From contig JBITNC010000001.1 in NCBI GenBank assembly GCA_050084985.1, positions 41,106,001 through 41,170,000 of the forward strand: 64,000 nucleotides of DNA. The letters are read 5' to 3'. The translations under genes and the position numbers were made by a program. Positions 38,440-50,963 of this stretch are shown here, one piece after another; positions within the stretch are counted from its first letter, which is position 1, and each line of letters opens with the position of its first letter. The notes beneath the pieces were generated by a model, which ran no database searches, had not been told where the DNA came from, and saw nothing but the letters and a program-made list of their open reading frames with translations. The DNA comes from Nageia nagi. Lineage: Eukaryota; Plantae; Pinophyta.

Positions 38440-41123
38440 GCATCATTGAAAATATTAAGAATACCTAGGAATAAGTATAGCCTCTCATAGGGGCAGAAGT
38501 GACACATAATAAGTATGTATTTTTTTTTTTTACTTTTTAGTGGTATTCACATTGGTTTCCTATGTAGGAAAAGAAGTTCCTTGCAGAAAGATGATCTTCT
38601 GTTGCATAAAAATTGCAAACAAATTGAGGCGAAACAGGAAAAGATCTGTATCGTGAATAAATAGTAGTTGGAGCGGTAATCATATTGGAACCTTGTACAC
38701 ACTTCGATGTTTCTTCTGTGAAAACCTCTGGTGCCTGCAAATTGACTGTTTTATATATTTTGGTGGTGCCTGTATGAAGGGGTCAAATGATCCAGGTGTT
38801 GGGGCTCAAACCTTTGCAACAACAGAACAGTACATGGCTGGATTGTGTTGTAAAGAGAAACTCTAACCTTGAATTTTCTTGTAGATGAAAGCTGTGTACA
38901 ACTGAGATATCACAATGAAAACCCATTGTTCATTTATTTGCTTCTATCTTCTAATCTCTAACACATCAACACAGTATGCTCACACATAATGGTCAACTAC
39001 TTATACAAGAAGATAAAGACGTTTAATTGCTTGGAAGATGTGGAGGACTCCTCTGGCATCCTGATTTGGAGTCAAGGTGAATCCTAATGCTGATCTTTCT
39101 GTCTGGCCATGCTTTTGTTGATCTTGCAAAATCATCACTAGGTTGTGTTTTTCCATTACAAAGCTTCAGAATTATTCCTCGGGCTGTAAAATCATCAAAA
39201 TATGCAAATCAGAGGTTTTATTAATCAAGATGCATTATTGTTCTGTCTATGGTTTTGTCATTACAAAGTTGTTTTTTAATTAGGATGTGGTTTTGTAAAC
39301 ATCAAGATCTGTCTCCAAACAAGCGTTCAAATTGATTTTGAACAGGCTCAAATAGTTCTACAGTTCCCAAGTTGTGCTGTCTAGAAGTTTACGTATTGGA
39401 ACTAACAAAATGTGTAATGTAATATGAAATGAAAACTGAATCGTCTCACTTGAGAAAGCAATATAAAACATTGTCTATGTTTCTTCGTTGAATTTGGGAT
39501 TTGTTTTTGACTGTGACTCTTCTTTAACCATTGTCGCTGATGTCCATACTGTTCAGCTTTGACATCCTTGTAGCTTTGAATTTCATTGAACTATCTTCTT
39601 GTGACCTTGGTCCATACACCCATGACCTAATTGTCCTCAGCTGATGCCAAACACTATGAGTTTAGCTCCTTAGGTTGCAAGTCCTCGGACGTTTTGGAAA
39701 TGTCTAAGAGTTGTGGATGGTAGGGTATGAACAACACCTTGAAGATTGGATGAAGATCAATATATGTTGGAATGTATTTGGCCCACATCGTCTCCCACTT
39801 CCTTTCAGTATGGTATTTGGCCCACAACAAAGAGGAGAAATCTTAGATTGAACTCTTACCAATTGTTATGTCTTCAATTACAACAATTCTTGATCTCAAA
39901 TCTTGTATTGGTGAGTCATGTGATGCTGATCATACCTTCATTAGTATTTCGTATTAAAAGTCTCCATAGGATTCCACGGGGAGGTGTCCCCCACTAGGGA
40001 ACGTGTATCCGTCCCCTTCTCATTTCTTGTATGGGGGGATACTATGGAGGATGTTTCCCACACGATAGGAAATAACATGGGTTGTCCTTAGGATGCCCCA
40101 TCCAAAGTGGGGGTTGTCCCTTGTACATTCCTCATAGCAAGGCAATGGTTGGCTGTCCTCGGCTATAGCTTGGGGATTCTTGGCCATCCCTTGATCATCC
40201 TTGGGGAAGTCCAACCATCCCCCACGGTTGTGGGTGGCCAAAATAAAAAAACTCAAAAAAAGAAGTGTAAAATGGATTGGGGATGGGACCCATTGATGTC
40301 CTCACCCGCAAACCCTAAAATGACTTATATATGCATTCCAAGCAAAAACTATTTCATTTTATGCTCACACTAAAACAAAAACAGCAATCAAGAAGTGAAA
40401 AACAACTACCAAGAAGAGAAAGACAACAACCAAGGAAGAAAGAGAAAGAAACACAACCATGGAAGAAGCAACAAGGGTATTTCTTATTTCACTACCCAAT
40501 CTAGCTTCTTGTTTATTAAATTTTTTTCCAATATGAGTGATAGTGAGGGATGAGTAAGAAACTCAAAAGGAGAGAAGATATGTTGCCAAGAGACTCTTGC
40601 TCTAATGTTCAACAATCACAAACTTATAGAGAGGGCAACACTACCCCTTCTTTTGATTCCCAATCTTGAAAGACTTTGCTAGGGTCCCATTTAATAAAAA
40701 AACTTTTGCTTCAATTTGTCACAAACTTAGATCAAGGAAGGAAAATTTACTAGCGATCAAGAATATGCGTATCTCACTTTATATTAGAGTTGAGTCACTT
40801 ATCAAAAAATTTGGAATAAAGGTGAGAGTTTGTAAAAAAATGAATCGATTACAATTCGCAAAAACCAATAGGCTTGTGTAAGAGGCCAAACTTAGAGATT
40901 TAGGAGTCTCTATTCCTAAACTTGGCCAAAGTTATTCAACCGCCCATGGATCTTCATCCTCTTCAATATAAGAAATTCAACCTTCTAGTTTTAATTTGCC
41001 AAGTTCTATGTTGCCCTCAAGAAAAAGAAGAAACATAGCTAATATGCTTAACTTGCGAGTTAGAGAAGAAGTTGATGATGTTGTAGTAGTGTTATTTATT
41101 GACATGGGTTGCCTTTCCATATT

Positions 41124-42548
41124 TGTAATGTCCCAATTTTTATGGTGTTTTCCCCATTTCACCTTTGATAAATGGGAACATTAGCTTAGGTGTGATTTTG
41201 TCTATTTTTGTAAATTTTGGCCAAATATTGTAAGTTCCACTTAGAGACTTAGTTAAATGCTCTAATTATGAAACAATGACCCTTTTTATTTTTTCATTAT
41301 GTTTAGTTAAGTGCCTAAAATGCCAATAATGATGTAGTAATGATACCAAGGCAATTATATTTGTAAATGCAATACTAGTCTCCCTAAATGAGATGTTGCA
41401 TATTTATAGCTTTGACGAATGTAATATTTGCATTTAGATGGTCCTCTTGTAATTAGTGCTCTCCTCTTTGAGGTAGAGCACCCCCAATGTAATAACACAG
41501 ACTTCGAGGCATCAAGGAGAGCTCCAAGCTTGGATGTGACACTACAAAAGAGGAATTTGGCATCCCGAGGCATTGGATGGCTCCCACACTTGGACATTGG
41601 GCAGTTATGGACACATTCACGGCCCATGTTGGAGGATTAGGCATTCCAAGGCCCCACATCACCCCTCTTGGGTATTTGGACCCATGGCACTGATGCCAAG
41701 GCACATCGACATCACCCCTCTTGGGTATTTGGACCCATGGCACTGATGCCAAGGCACATCGACATCACCCCTACTTAGACGTTGCATTTCTGGGCCATTG
41801 GATGTGATTCACTTATCCCGAGGCTCTCCACCTTGGACGTTGTCAACATGAGCACACAGATCACATCTCTCCATCGATAGATCATCTCAAATACAAGATT
41901 AGAAGATGATCACCCATACCTATAAAAGGAGGACTCCTGAACATTATGACATATGTTGATTGATGATTATAAACCTTTTTTATCGGATTGAGTGTGAGAC
42001 CTCTATCTTCGCCACTTGTAGGGAAACCTGAATTTGAGGTCGTGAGAGGAGGCTAGCCTCAAGCTTACTCCAACTATTATTTAGAGGAACACTGTCTATT
42101 CCATCACAGAAGCTGTAGGAAAGTCCTGGACTTGGCCTTGTTGCTGCGATTGGTGAGGCCCTAGAGCCATCCAAAATAACCCTATTGGAGGTAGTCTTGG
42201 TGCAAGCTCCTCAGGTAGACATAAATATATTTCTGTAATCGCGCTTCTGTCATTTTAATATCAATACAATTACATTGTTTCTGCTATTTTTGCTGTAACT
42301 TTCCTCTTGTGCTAGACGTTGGATTTGGAGTGATTATTACATTGTTGAATTCCTGTTTATGCTCCCTAATTGCAACGTTGGATTATTGGAGGCATTATTG
42401 CATGTTCGTAGATTAATTTTGGTCAATATAGCTAGACGTTGGATATCTTGTGCTATTTTGAACTGTTCGGATAGTTTTGGAGCTTCTTGGCAAACGTCCC
42501 TCTCCTAGGGCACGTTTGAGCATGATCTGTCGATTTGGGACCATCACA
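41124..42548. mobile_element. Solo LTR (1425 bp), gypsy-like, inside the hAT transposase
   Basis: TGTAATGTCCC...GGGACCATCACA ends. Perfect TSD ATATT (41119-41123 / 42549-42553). Internal ~53-bp duplication near 41657-41771. Confidence 0.92.
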
Positions 42549-43404
42549 ATATTGCATGTTAAACTTACTTCAAGGATGCATTCACAAAAGTAACCAAGAC
42601 AAGGCCTTCGTATGTAATGCCTAAAGAGCATAGGCTTTATTCTTCTCTTTCAGAGAAACAATATTCTAAGTGCAAATTGATGATGGAGGAGATGAGGGTG
42701 ACATGGTTGAAGATTGTCTGTTTTATTATCATGGATGGGTGGATTGACATTAGTCATCGTCTACTTATCAACATTATTATGACATGTTCAAAAGGTCCTT
42801 ATTTTCTTCAAGATGTTGATTGCTTGGGAAAAAATGATGCAAATTTCTATTTCCTCCTAGTGAAGGAGGCTATTAAGGAGGTCAGATCCTCCAATGTTGT
42901 GCGAGTAATGAATTTTCATTCTTGTGAGTTCAAATGCTATTATTAGTATCTTTGTTGCACAAATTTTAATTTCTTTTACAATATTTTTTGTTGTACAAGT
43001 AGTTACAAATGCAACTCTTTTTGCCAACATGCAAAGAAAATGATATAGAGCACACTTATAGACTTAGTTTTTTAACCCCATGTTGTGTCCATGATTGAAT
43101 ATTGCATTAAAAAACTTTGAGAAGATAGATTGGATGAGGAACATGTTTGCAAAAGTTAGAGACTTGCAAATTTTTATATGTAACCATCATACTTCATTGA
43201 TCCTCTTTTGCTCCTTCTCAAAGGAGTTTATCAAACTAGGAGATATGAGATATGCCACTTATTTCGTTCTATTGGAGAGGATGATTGAGGTGTATGAGGC
43301 ACTATAGTCCATGGTAGTATGCGTAGAATGGAAGAAATGGTCAACATCTCAAATAGAGGAGAGAAAAAGACGCAAAGATAAAGTCTTAGATGATAATTGG
43401 TGGG

Positions 43405-46400
43405 TGTGATGTCCCCCTTGTATTACTGTACTTAATTCTGGAATCCAACAAATTCCCCCTTTGTATTATATTTAATTATTTAATTGTGCTCTTAAGTTAG
43501 TACTTTGGATAGAAGACTTAATGGGTCATTGGATCCCATTGTGAGCCCCAAGTGGGACATCTCCCTCCCAAGAGTAGATTAGATTGTTTTAATGTACTTT
43601 AAGATCCTGAAACATGATTGTCGAAATCCCAAGGTCTATTTAGCACTTAGTGGATGGATGAGCACTTGTACACATGCGCTAGCCTTGGGGAGACTTATAG
43701 ACCCCGACGTTGGCCCATGACATCCACGTTGCCTCTCTAGATGCCCCCACATGGCTCCTAGACCCATGCATGCATTTTTGGACCCACATGGAGCATGAAG
43801 GAGGCCCAAATACCCACGTTGAGCTTGGAATGACTTGTAGGTGCCAACATTGGGGCTTGAGGGGATTGGGTGATGACATTGAGGTGAGATCCAGTCCAGG
43901 AAAGCTATATTAGCCCTTGGAGCCTTATTGCTGGATATACATATTTGATATTATTCTCATACCATCCAAAGGACAAAAGTCTTAGCGCAACGCTAAGTAA
44001 GATCCCTAGGTGCAACATCTAGGAGGGTTGATAGGTTGAGGGATCTTGTTAATCTACGACTTTGGTGCCCATCCAATGGTATTTCAAGGTTGAACTTCTA
44101 CCATTCAGTTGGTCGCCAAGGTTTGAGGAGGGCTCCTTTGATGGAGAGGATTTAGATTCTGAGGGAGCAAGACTATCCCATTCATTATCCATCCGTCCAA
44201 TAGTGAGAGACACAAGTTGTGCCCTAGTTGGCTCCTTGGAGGCCAACGTCCAACCCTTGGGGGTTGGTATTGTATTATTGCTCATTGTTTATCTTTAATA
44301 TAGCCATTGGGCACTTGGATCTCAGTATTTGTCTTGTGTATGCTTTCATATTGCAACGTTGTGGTATATTTACTATCTCATCCATGTTGTAGCCAAACGT
44401 TGGCATTGTGAGGTTGTGTTTGTTGATATCTGCTAGTCTTGGCCAAGCATTGGCATTATTGCATTGTTGTAGCTTAATTTGGATGCCCTAGGTCAGACAT
44501 TGGAGCATACTTGTGTGTTTTTGATTGCACAAAAAGTGCATTAAGGCTTTTATAGTGGTATCAGAGCTCGGATCTGGCCAACCTGTGCATGATACCTATA
44601 GTACACCGCCACTACACCAGATCCAGTATCAGAAATGAGATGGCATTCGCGAGAAAAAGTGAAAAGTCACAGCTTGAAGAGACACCTTCTAAGGCCGCCC
44701 AAAGATGAGGATCATCGACCATGGATGAATGAAGTTCCGAATGAGGACAATTCTGGTGAGGATAATGAAGCGCCAAGAGGGAGGACCACATCGGCCAAGA
44801 GGAGAAGCCCTACTTTGGCTCGGGATTCCACACCAGAGCGGAGATTTAATGAGCTCATTTCGGCCATCCATATCATGACAGGAGCTATCACTATGATGCA
44901 GAAGCAGTTGAACACTGTCCACAAACAAGTCGAAGGTCAAGAAGAGCCAGAGGGGCACATTAGCCTCCCACGTCCTATCTCAAATGAAGCAAAAGAGCCA
45001 CAAGAGGATGACAGAGCAAATCGGGAGATGAGTATGATGAGATCTACAGTTTGAGAGATAGAGCGTCTACTCACCACGGATCCATGGGTCGTCCAGAACC
45101 CACATTTCTGAGATCCCACTCACATAGAGCTTCGCAAGGAACTAACCCTCTCCTAGGGAGGTACCTAGATGAGGATGTTGGCAAGATAGCGGATCAACCC
45201 ATTATCCTTAAGCCATCCAAACCTATTTTTGCCAAGAGGTCCGCGGATGAGGCAAAGAACAAGGTTCCTAGCCCATTAGAGTTGAATCAGATTTTCAGGG
45301 ACTATTCCATGTTGGAACCAGGGTTGAAGAGAGACATAAACTTCAACGACTACCTAGAAATCCAAGGATTGAAGGGGAGCAGTTCACACAACACACATAT
45401 CAGAGCAGCTCGTGGGGAGATAAGAGAGACCTGCAACAAAAAATTAATAAGATGCAGGTACCACTGTATGATAGCAAGAGGATGACGGCTAGGGCTTGGC
45501 TACATCAGCTACAGACCTATTTTACCTTGAGCTTGAATATGGTAGAGGAGGATGTAATCCACTTTGCATCATTACACTTTGAGGATGATGACCTCAAATG
45601 GTGGCAGCATGGAGTAATTAGCCAGGATTACTCAAACATCACCTCTTTCAATGAGTTTACCAGGCGGTTGGTGAAGAGGTTCGATAGAAAAAGGGAGAAC
45701 GATTACTTTCAAAACTTCACATCTTTGAGACAATAGGGAGCCATGAACGAATATGTATCTGAGTTTCAGAAGATTGCAGTCATGATTCACCATATTCCTG
45801 AGGAGTGGCTAACATTCCTCTTCATAGAGGGATTGATGGAGCCATTACAAGGGATGGTCAAGGTATCCTCACCAAGGAGCCTTGACGATGTTATCAGAGT
45901 TGCATACGACTTGGAGCCAACCATGAAATCCTCAAGGGAGGGAAGACGTACAAGGGGCCAACCACATGGAAGACCTTTGCTGAGAAGGAGGGGCCTAGTC
46001 GGTCCAAACCCTTTCCCCCACCTGGGAAAAATCAGTTGGACGCAGCTACTCGAAGGAAGTTGAGGGAGAAAGGCAAGTGCTTCTATTGCAAGAAGACTTG
46101 GGAGCTAGGGCATCGTTGCCAAGGTAAGGGGTAGGTGCATTGCATTGAGGTGTTTTCCAATTAGGAGAGGGATGATTCAAATTTGGATCTTGGCATGGAT
46201 ATGTTGGACCAGGAGGCATCGAAGGCAGAAGGCTCACTGGGGAGTATGATCACTTCACTCCATGGGGTGAAGAAGTACCTCACACTAAAGGTGGTGGGGA
46301 AAGCAGGTGGTCAGGATGTGATGGTCTTGATTGATCTTGGAGCATCCCACAACTTCATTGATGGAGGATTTGTGGAGAAGAAGAACTTAAAGACCAAAGG

Positions 46401-48880
46401 ATTTGAAGGATTTCGAGTTTCCAATTCCAACGAGAAACTCACTTTGGTGGATCACATTGTTGAGAAGTTTGGAGTAAGATTGTAGAGTTACAAAGTGAGG
46501 GAGAACTTCTATGTTTATCCATTGAAAGGACATCCTCACATTATTCTGGGAGTGCAGTGGCTGTTTGAGTTGGGTGACATTCACACCAACTATCAGAAAC
46601 TCACTGAGTTTCGAAATTGATGGGAAGACCCACATAGTACAGGGAATTTGAGATGATTTCCCATAGTTAGACAACAAGAGGCATGAGGTGATTGAGTGGT
46701 GCCAAAAAAAGGAAGAAGAGGATGAGGCCACGTTGGACGTGGAGGAATCTTAACATGAGATAAGGAGCAATGAGGAGCTCCCATACCCCACATTGCATAA
46801 CAAGGAGCTTGGATACTAGACATGGAGGTTGGAGGGCCTTCTACACACAATGTAGGAGCTTGGGGAGGCTAGGTGCTGCACGTTGAGCTTGGAGGGCCTC
46901 CTGCACCTCACGTTGGGCCTTGAGAAGGTTAGCTACCTCACTTTGGGCCTTGAGGAGACTTACTGCCTGACGTTGGAGTTGAGGGAGCTTCTTCCCCTCA
47001 TGTGGGACATCGAGGAGACTTGGAGTAGAACATTGGGCTTGGAGAAGCCCTTACACTCCACATGGGACTTAGGGAGGCTTCTACACCTCACGTGGGAGGT
47101 TGAGGAATTTTTGTGAGTGGTGGTGAGCATGGAGGAGTTTGGGCACTCCATGTTGGGATTGATGAGGTTTGGGCACCCAACGATTGGGTTGATGGAGTGT
47201 TGGCTTCCCACGTTGGACCTGGGAAGGTTTGGGCACTTGGTAGTGGGTTGGAAGGCAACTTGGCACCACACGCGGGAGGACATGGAAGTTTTTTACTCCA
47301 CGTTGGTAGTGGGGAGAGTTTGGGACCCCACGTTGAGTTTCGGGAAGTCTTGGCCTCAATTATTGAGCAAAGCGCCACCCCCCCCCTCTTATTTACACTC
47401 ACATATGGTTACTTGAGATTTTTGCATGTAGATTCTCTAGGAGACTTCCATCTGCATACACCCCTATGCTTTCTGAGGACAACAACTTGGCACCTGATGA
47501 GGAGTGACATCAACAACATATCAAAATTTTTACATGCATTGTTGATACATGAGGATACAACTTCAACATTTTACACAGGACCTTCATCATGGAGGGGACA
47601 TATTGAAGTTGCATTCCATAATGTAGATTGTAGTCAATAAGGTTGAAGGATTCTTGGAAGACAATATGCTGCAACATTCTACCATTGCTTGAGGGCAAGC
47701 AATTCGAGAGGGGAGGCTTTGTGATGACCCCCTTGTATTATTGTACTTAATTCTAGATTCCAACAGATTCCTGCTTTGTATTATATTTAATTATTTAATT
47801 ATGCTCTTAAGTTAGTACTTGAAATAGAAGACTTAGTGGGTCATTAGACCCCACTGTGAGCCTCAATTGGGATGTCTCCCTCCTAAGTGTAGATTAGAGT
47901 GTTTTAATGTACTTGGAGATCTCGATACATGATTGTGGGAATCCCAAGGTCTATTTAGCACTTAGTGGATGGATGAGCACTTGTACACATGTGCCAGCCT
48001 TGGGGAGACTTCTAGACCCCCACGTTGGCCCATAACACCCACGTTGCCCCCTAGATGCCCACGCATGCCTCCTAGACCCACACATGCATTCTTGGACCCA
48101 CATGGAGCATGAGGGAGCAGATACCCATGTTGAACTTGGAATGACTCCTAGGTGCCAACGTTGGGGCTTGAGGGGATTGGATGATGACATTGAGGTGAGA
48201 TCTAGATCTAGGAAAGCTATAGTAGCCCTTGGAGCCTTATTGTTGGATACATAGATTTGATATTATTCTCATACCTTCTAAAGGTCAAAAGTCTTAGTGC
48301 AATGCTAAGCAAGATCCCTAGGTGCAACATCTAGGAGGGTTGATAGGTTGAGGCATCTTGCTAATCTACGGCTTTGGTGTAGCACCCTAGCCCATCCAGT
48401 GGTATTCCGAGGTTGAGCTTCCACCATTCAATTGGTCACAAGGGTTTGAGGAGGGCTTCTTTGGTGGAGAGGATTCAAATTCTAAGGGAGCAAGATTCTT
48501 CCATTCATCATTCGTCCATCCAGTAGTGAGAGACATGTTGTGCCCTAGTTGGCTCCTTGGAGGCCAACGTCCAGCCTTTGGGGCTTGGTATTGTATTATT
48601 GCTCATTGTTTATCTTCAATACAGCTGTTGGGCATTTGAATCTCAGTATTTGTCTTATGTATGGTTTCATATTGCAACATTGTGGTATATTTACTATCTC
48701 GTGCATGTTGTAGCCATACGTTGGGATTGTGAGGTTGTTTTGTTGATATCTGCTAGTCTTGGCCAAATGTTGGCATTATTGCATTGTTGTAGCTTTAATT
48801 TGGATGCCCTAGGTCAAACGTTGGAGCACACTTGTGTGTTTTTGATTAAATTGCACTAAAATTGCATTTAGGCTTTTACA
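43405..48880 (+). mobile_element. Non-autonomous Ty3/gypsy element A (gag + protease only)
   Basis: LTRs at 43405-44554 and 47720-48880. Perfect TSD GTGGG (43400-43404 / 48881-48885). PBS at 44556-44567 and PPT gagaggggagg at 47706-47716. gag (AWLHQLQTYF..WWQHG), a CCHC remnant and protease LIDLGASHNFI are present. No RT, RNaseH or INT. Confidence 0.93.
46800..47350. repeat. Degenerate 30-bp tandem array inside element A
   Basis: A cacgttgg-like core recurs every 30 bp, e.g. ctgcacctcacgttgggccttgagaaggtt / agctacctcactttgggccttgaggagact. Confidence 0.85.
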
Positions 48881-48979
48881 GTGGGCTTAAGCTAGGCAAC
48901 AAATATTGAAGACTTAAAGTTAATGAAGTTTCACTTTTGTGGTTTAAATTTGGATTGTTGATTGTTTATATAGTTTTTT

Positions 48980-49867
48980 CAAAGCTATGTGGGAAGACAT
49001 TCCTTCCCTTGGAGGAGGAATTCCTTGTTTTGAGAACACAAGAATGTTGAGGGGGGGCGAGTTTTCTCATTGTTGTCTTTTTTTGGGGAATGACTTAGAC
49101 ATTATGGAGGAAGAGGGGAACCGTTCCTCCGCCCTTGTGCCCCTCCATTGGGAATGCCAAGGGGAACACTTGACCATTCTCGGGAGTGGCTAGTGAGCAA
49201 CTAGTCCAATAGCTCCTGAGAATGACCAAGCATTCCCCTTGGTTTGGGCAGCAAGGCTATTTTAAAAGCAAAAAAAACACACACTTAAATTTATAAAAAA
49301 AAGACCAAATTTGAAAGGGGTGGGACCCACCATCCCTCAAAACCTAATATCAACTTATAAATGCATGTAAAGTTCCCAACATAACCATATTTCATTTTAT
49401 GCAGCTATGAGAAGAGAAAGTTCCAAACATAACCACATGTCAAAGTCTACTTCTGTTTTATGTATTTAGTTTTATTTTTATTCTTTACATTGTTACAATT
49501 TTACTAGACTTATCTATGATCGTTGATCTATCATTACGTGCTAGATTGATTCAAACCCAATGACATTATGTCTTATGATCATTGATTATGGTGCAATGCT
49601 CATACTTCATTTTGATATTCTAATTCATACGTGATGTCTAATTTGAAATTTCAATTCCAAGTTTTGTATACACGATTGAATTGATAATAATATTGAATTT
49701 GAACAATGAAATCTAAAAAATCTAAAATTTTCGAGAATTTTTACTAGTATTATACTAGTCGTTTCCTTGCCGTTCCTAGGGTGGTCCCCAAAAATGACCT
49801 TCGTCGTTCCCCTGTTCTCGAATACATGTTCCCTCGTATCCTCATTCCTTGCTCTTGTGGAACCTTG
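48980..49867 (+). mobile_element. Non-autonomous hAT-derived element in an intron of the hAT transposase
   Basis: 49308-49403 resembles 40270-40365 (gggtgggaccca..aaacc.taa..acttata.atgcat..tatttcattttatgc). Both ends are gttccc/gggaa-rich and the right end is gtggaaccttg. The transposase resumes at tgtag|gtacatt near 49902. Confidence 0.6.
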
Positions 49868-50963
49868 AGTTTTTTAACTTTTAGTTTTTAGTTTTTTGTA
49901 GGTACATTATGTCTTTCATTACTTTAGTTGTTGCGGTAATAAGATTTGTCAATACAAATGCTCCTTATTTAGGAGAGATATGTGAAATTTTTGATAACAT
50001 GCTTGAGGATTTGAAAAATATAGTTTATGCTAAAGATCCTTCTTTTTATGAGTGCCACATTAGACCCATTATACAAAAGAGGTGGGATAGGATGAATATT
50101 GCTCTACATATGGTTGCATATGCATTGAATTCGAAGTGGTATGCACCTAGAATTGGGAGAATGACACCTAGTGAGGATCTTGAGGGAACGATGGGTTTAA
50201 GAAGTGTTTTAAAAAGATGTTTTTGTTGGAGGCTAGTACCATACTTAGAATCTTAGGGGTCCTCATTTCAACCAACCAGAGTGCAAGGAGGATAGGGCTA
50301 CCATTTCCCAAAAAGACCCCATTAGATGGTGGAAACTATATGGGGATGATGCTCCACACTTATAGCATCTTGCACTTAGGCTCCTTTCTTAGGTTGGTAG
50401 TTCATCTACTATAGAGAGAAATTGGTTCACCTATAGCTTCATCCACAGTTTGAGGTGGAGCAAGTTTGGCTTTCGTAGAGTGAAAAAGCTAGTTGCAGTG
50501 CATAACTCTATTTGCCTTCATGGTGGGATTGACTTTTCTATTGTTGGGAAGCATTTGATGATCCACTTGGCCCTTACTCACTCTCAGACTATGGCAACAA
50601 CTACCTTAGCCGACAAGGCAATCAATCTTATCACCATTGTGATTGACTTGGACACCAAGCGACATTAGTATTGCAAAACCAACCACTCGGCGTGCCAAGT
50701 GTAAAGTGCCATTCTGCAATGGAGTTCATAATGCTGATTTACTCAAAACCCAAAATGATAAAAGGTGGTCTTTGTTCTACTCAAACTTTCAAGGATTGTG
50801 AAAATGGCGATCCACAAGCATAGAGTCATCTCTTGGGATGACCTTGTGTCATTTCTATGTAACACTTGTTATCCTTCTAATTATAAACATGATCTCCAAG
50901 TCAAATGGCTTTGACCTTGGCAAGGATTTCAACAATCAGTTCAAGACTATATCAATCAATTTA

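Larger units (their letters stand above)
39965..50530 (+). mobile_element. Decayed hAT DNA transposon (DUF659 + C-terminal dimerisation domain transposase) split by nested insertions
   Basis: HGLPFHIA is restored across the solo LTR. Also CFIIMDGWIDISHRLLINIIMTCSKGPYFL (42617-42946), LQIFICNHH..MRYATYF (43095-43307), LGEICE..RWDRMNIALHMVAYALN (49909-50256) and RNWFTYSFIHS..KKLVAVHNS (about 50415-50515). Right end not found. Confidence 0.85.

Noticed and set aside
46883-47416. Captured leucine-rich-repeat gene
   Set aside because: The period is 10 aa from a 30-bp DNA repeat and there is no LxxLxLxxN consensus.
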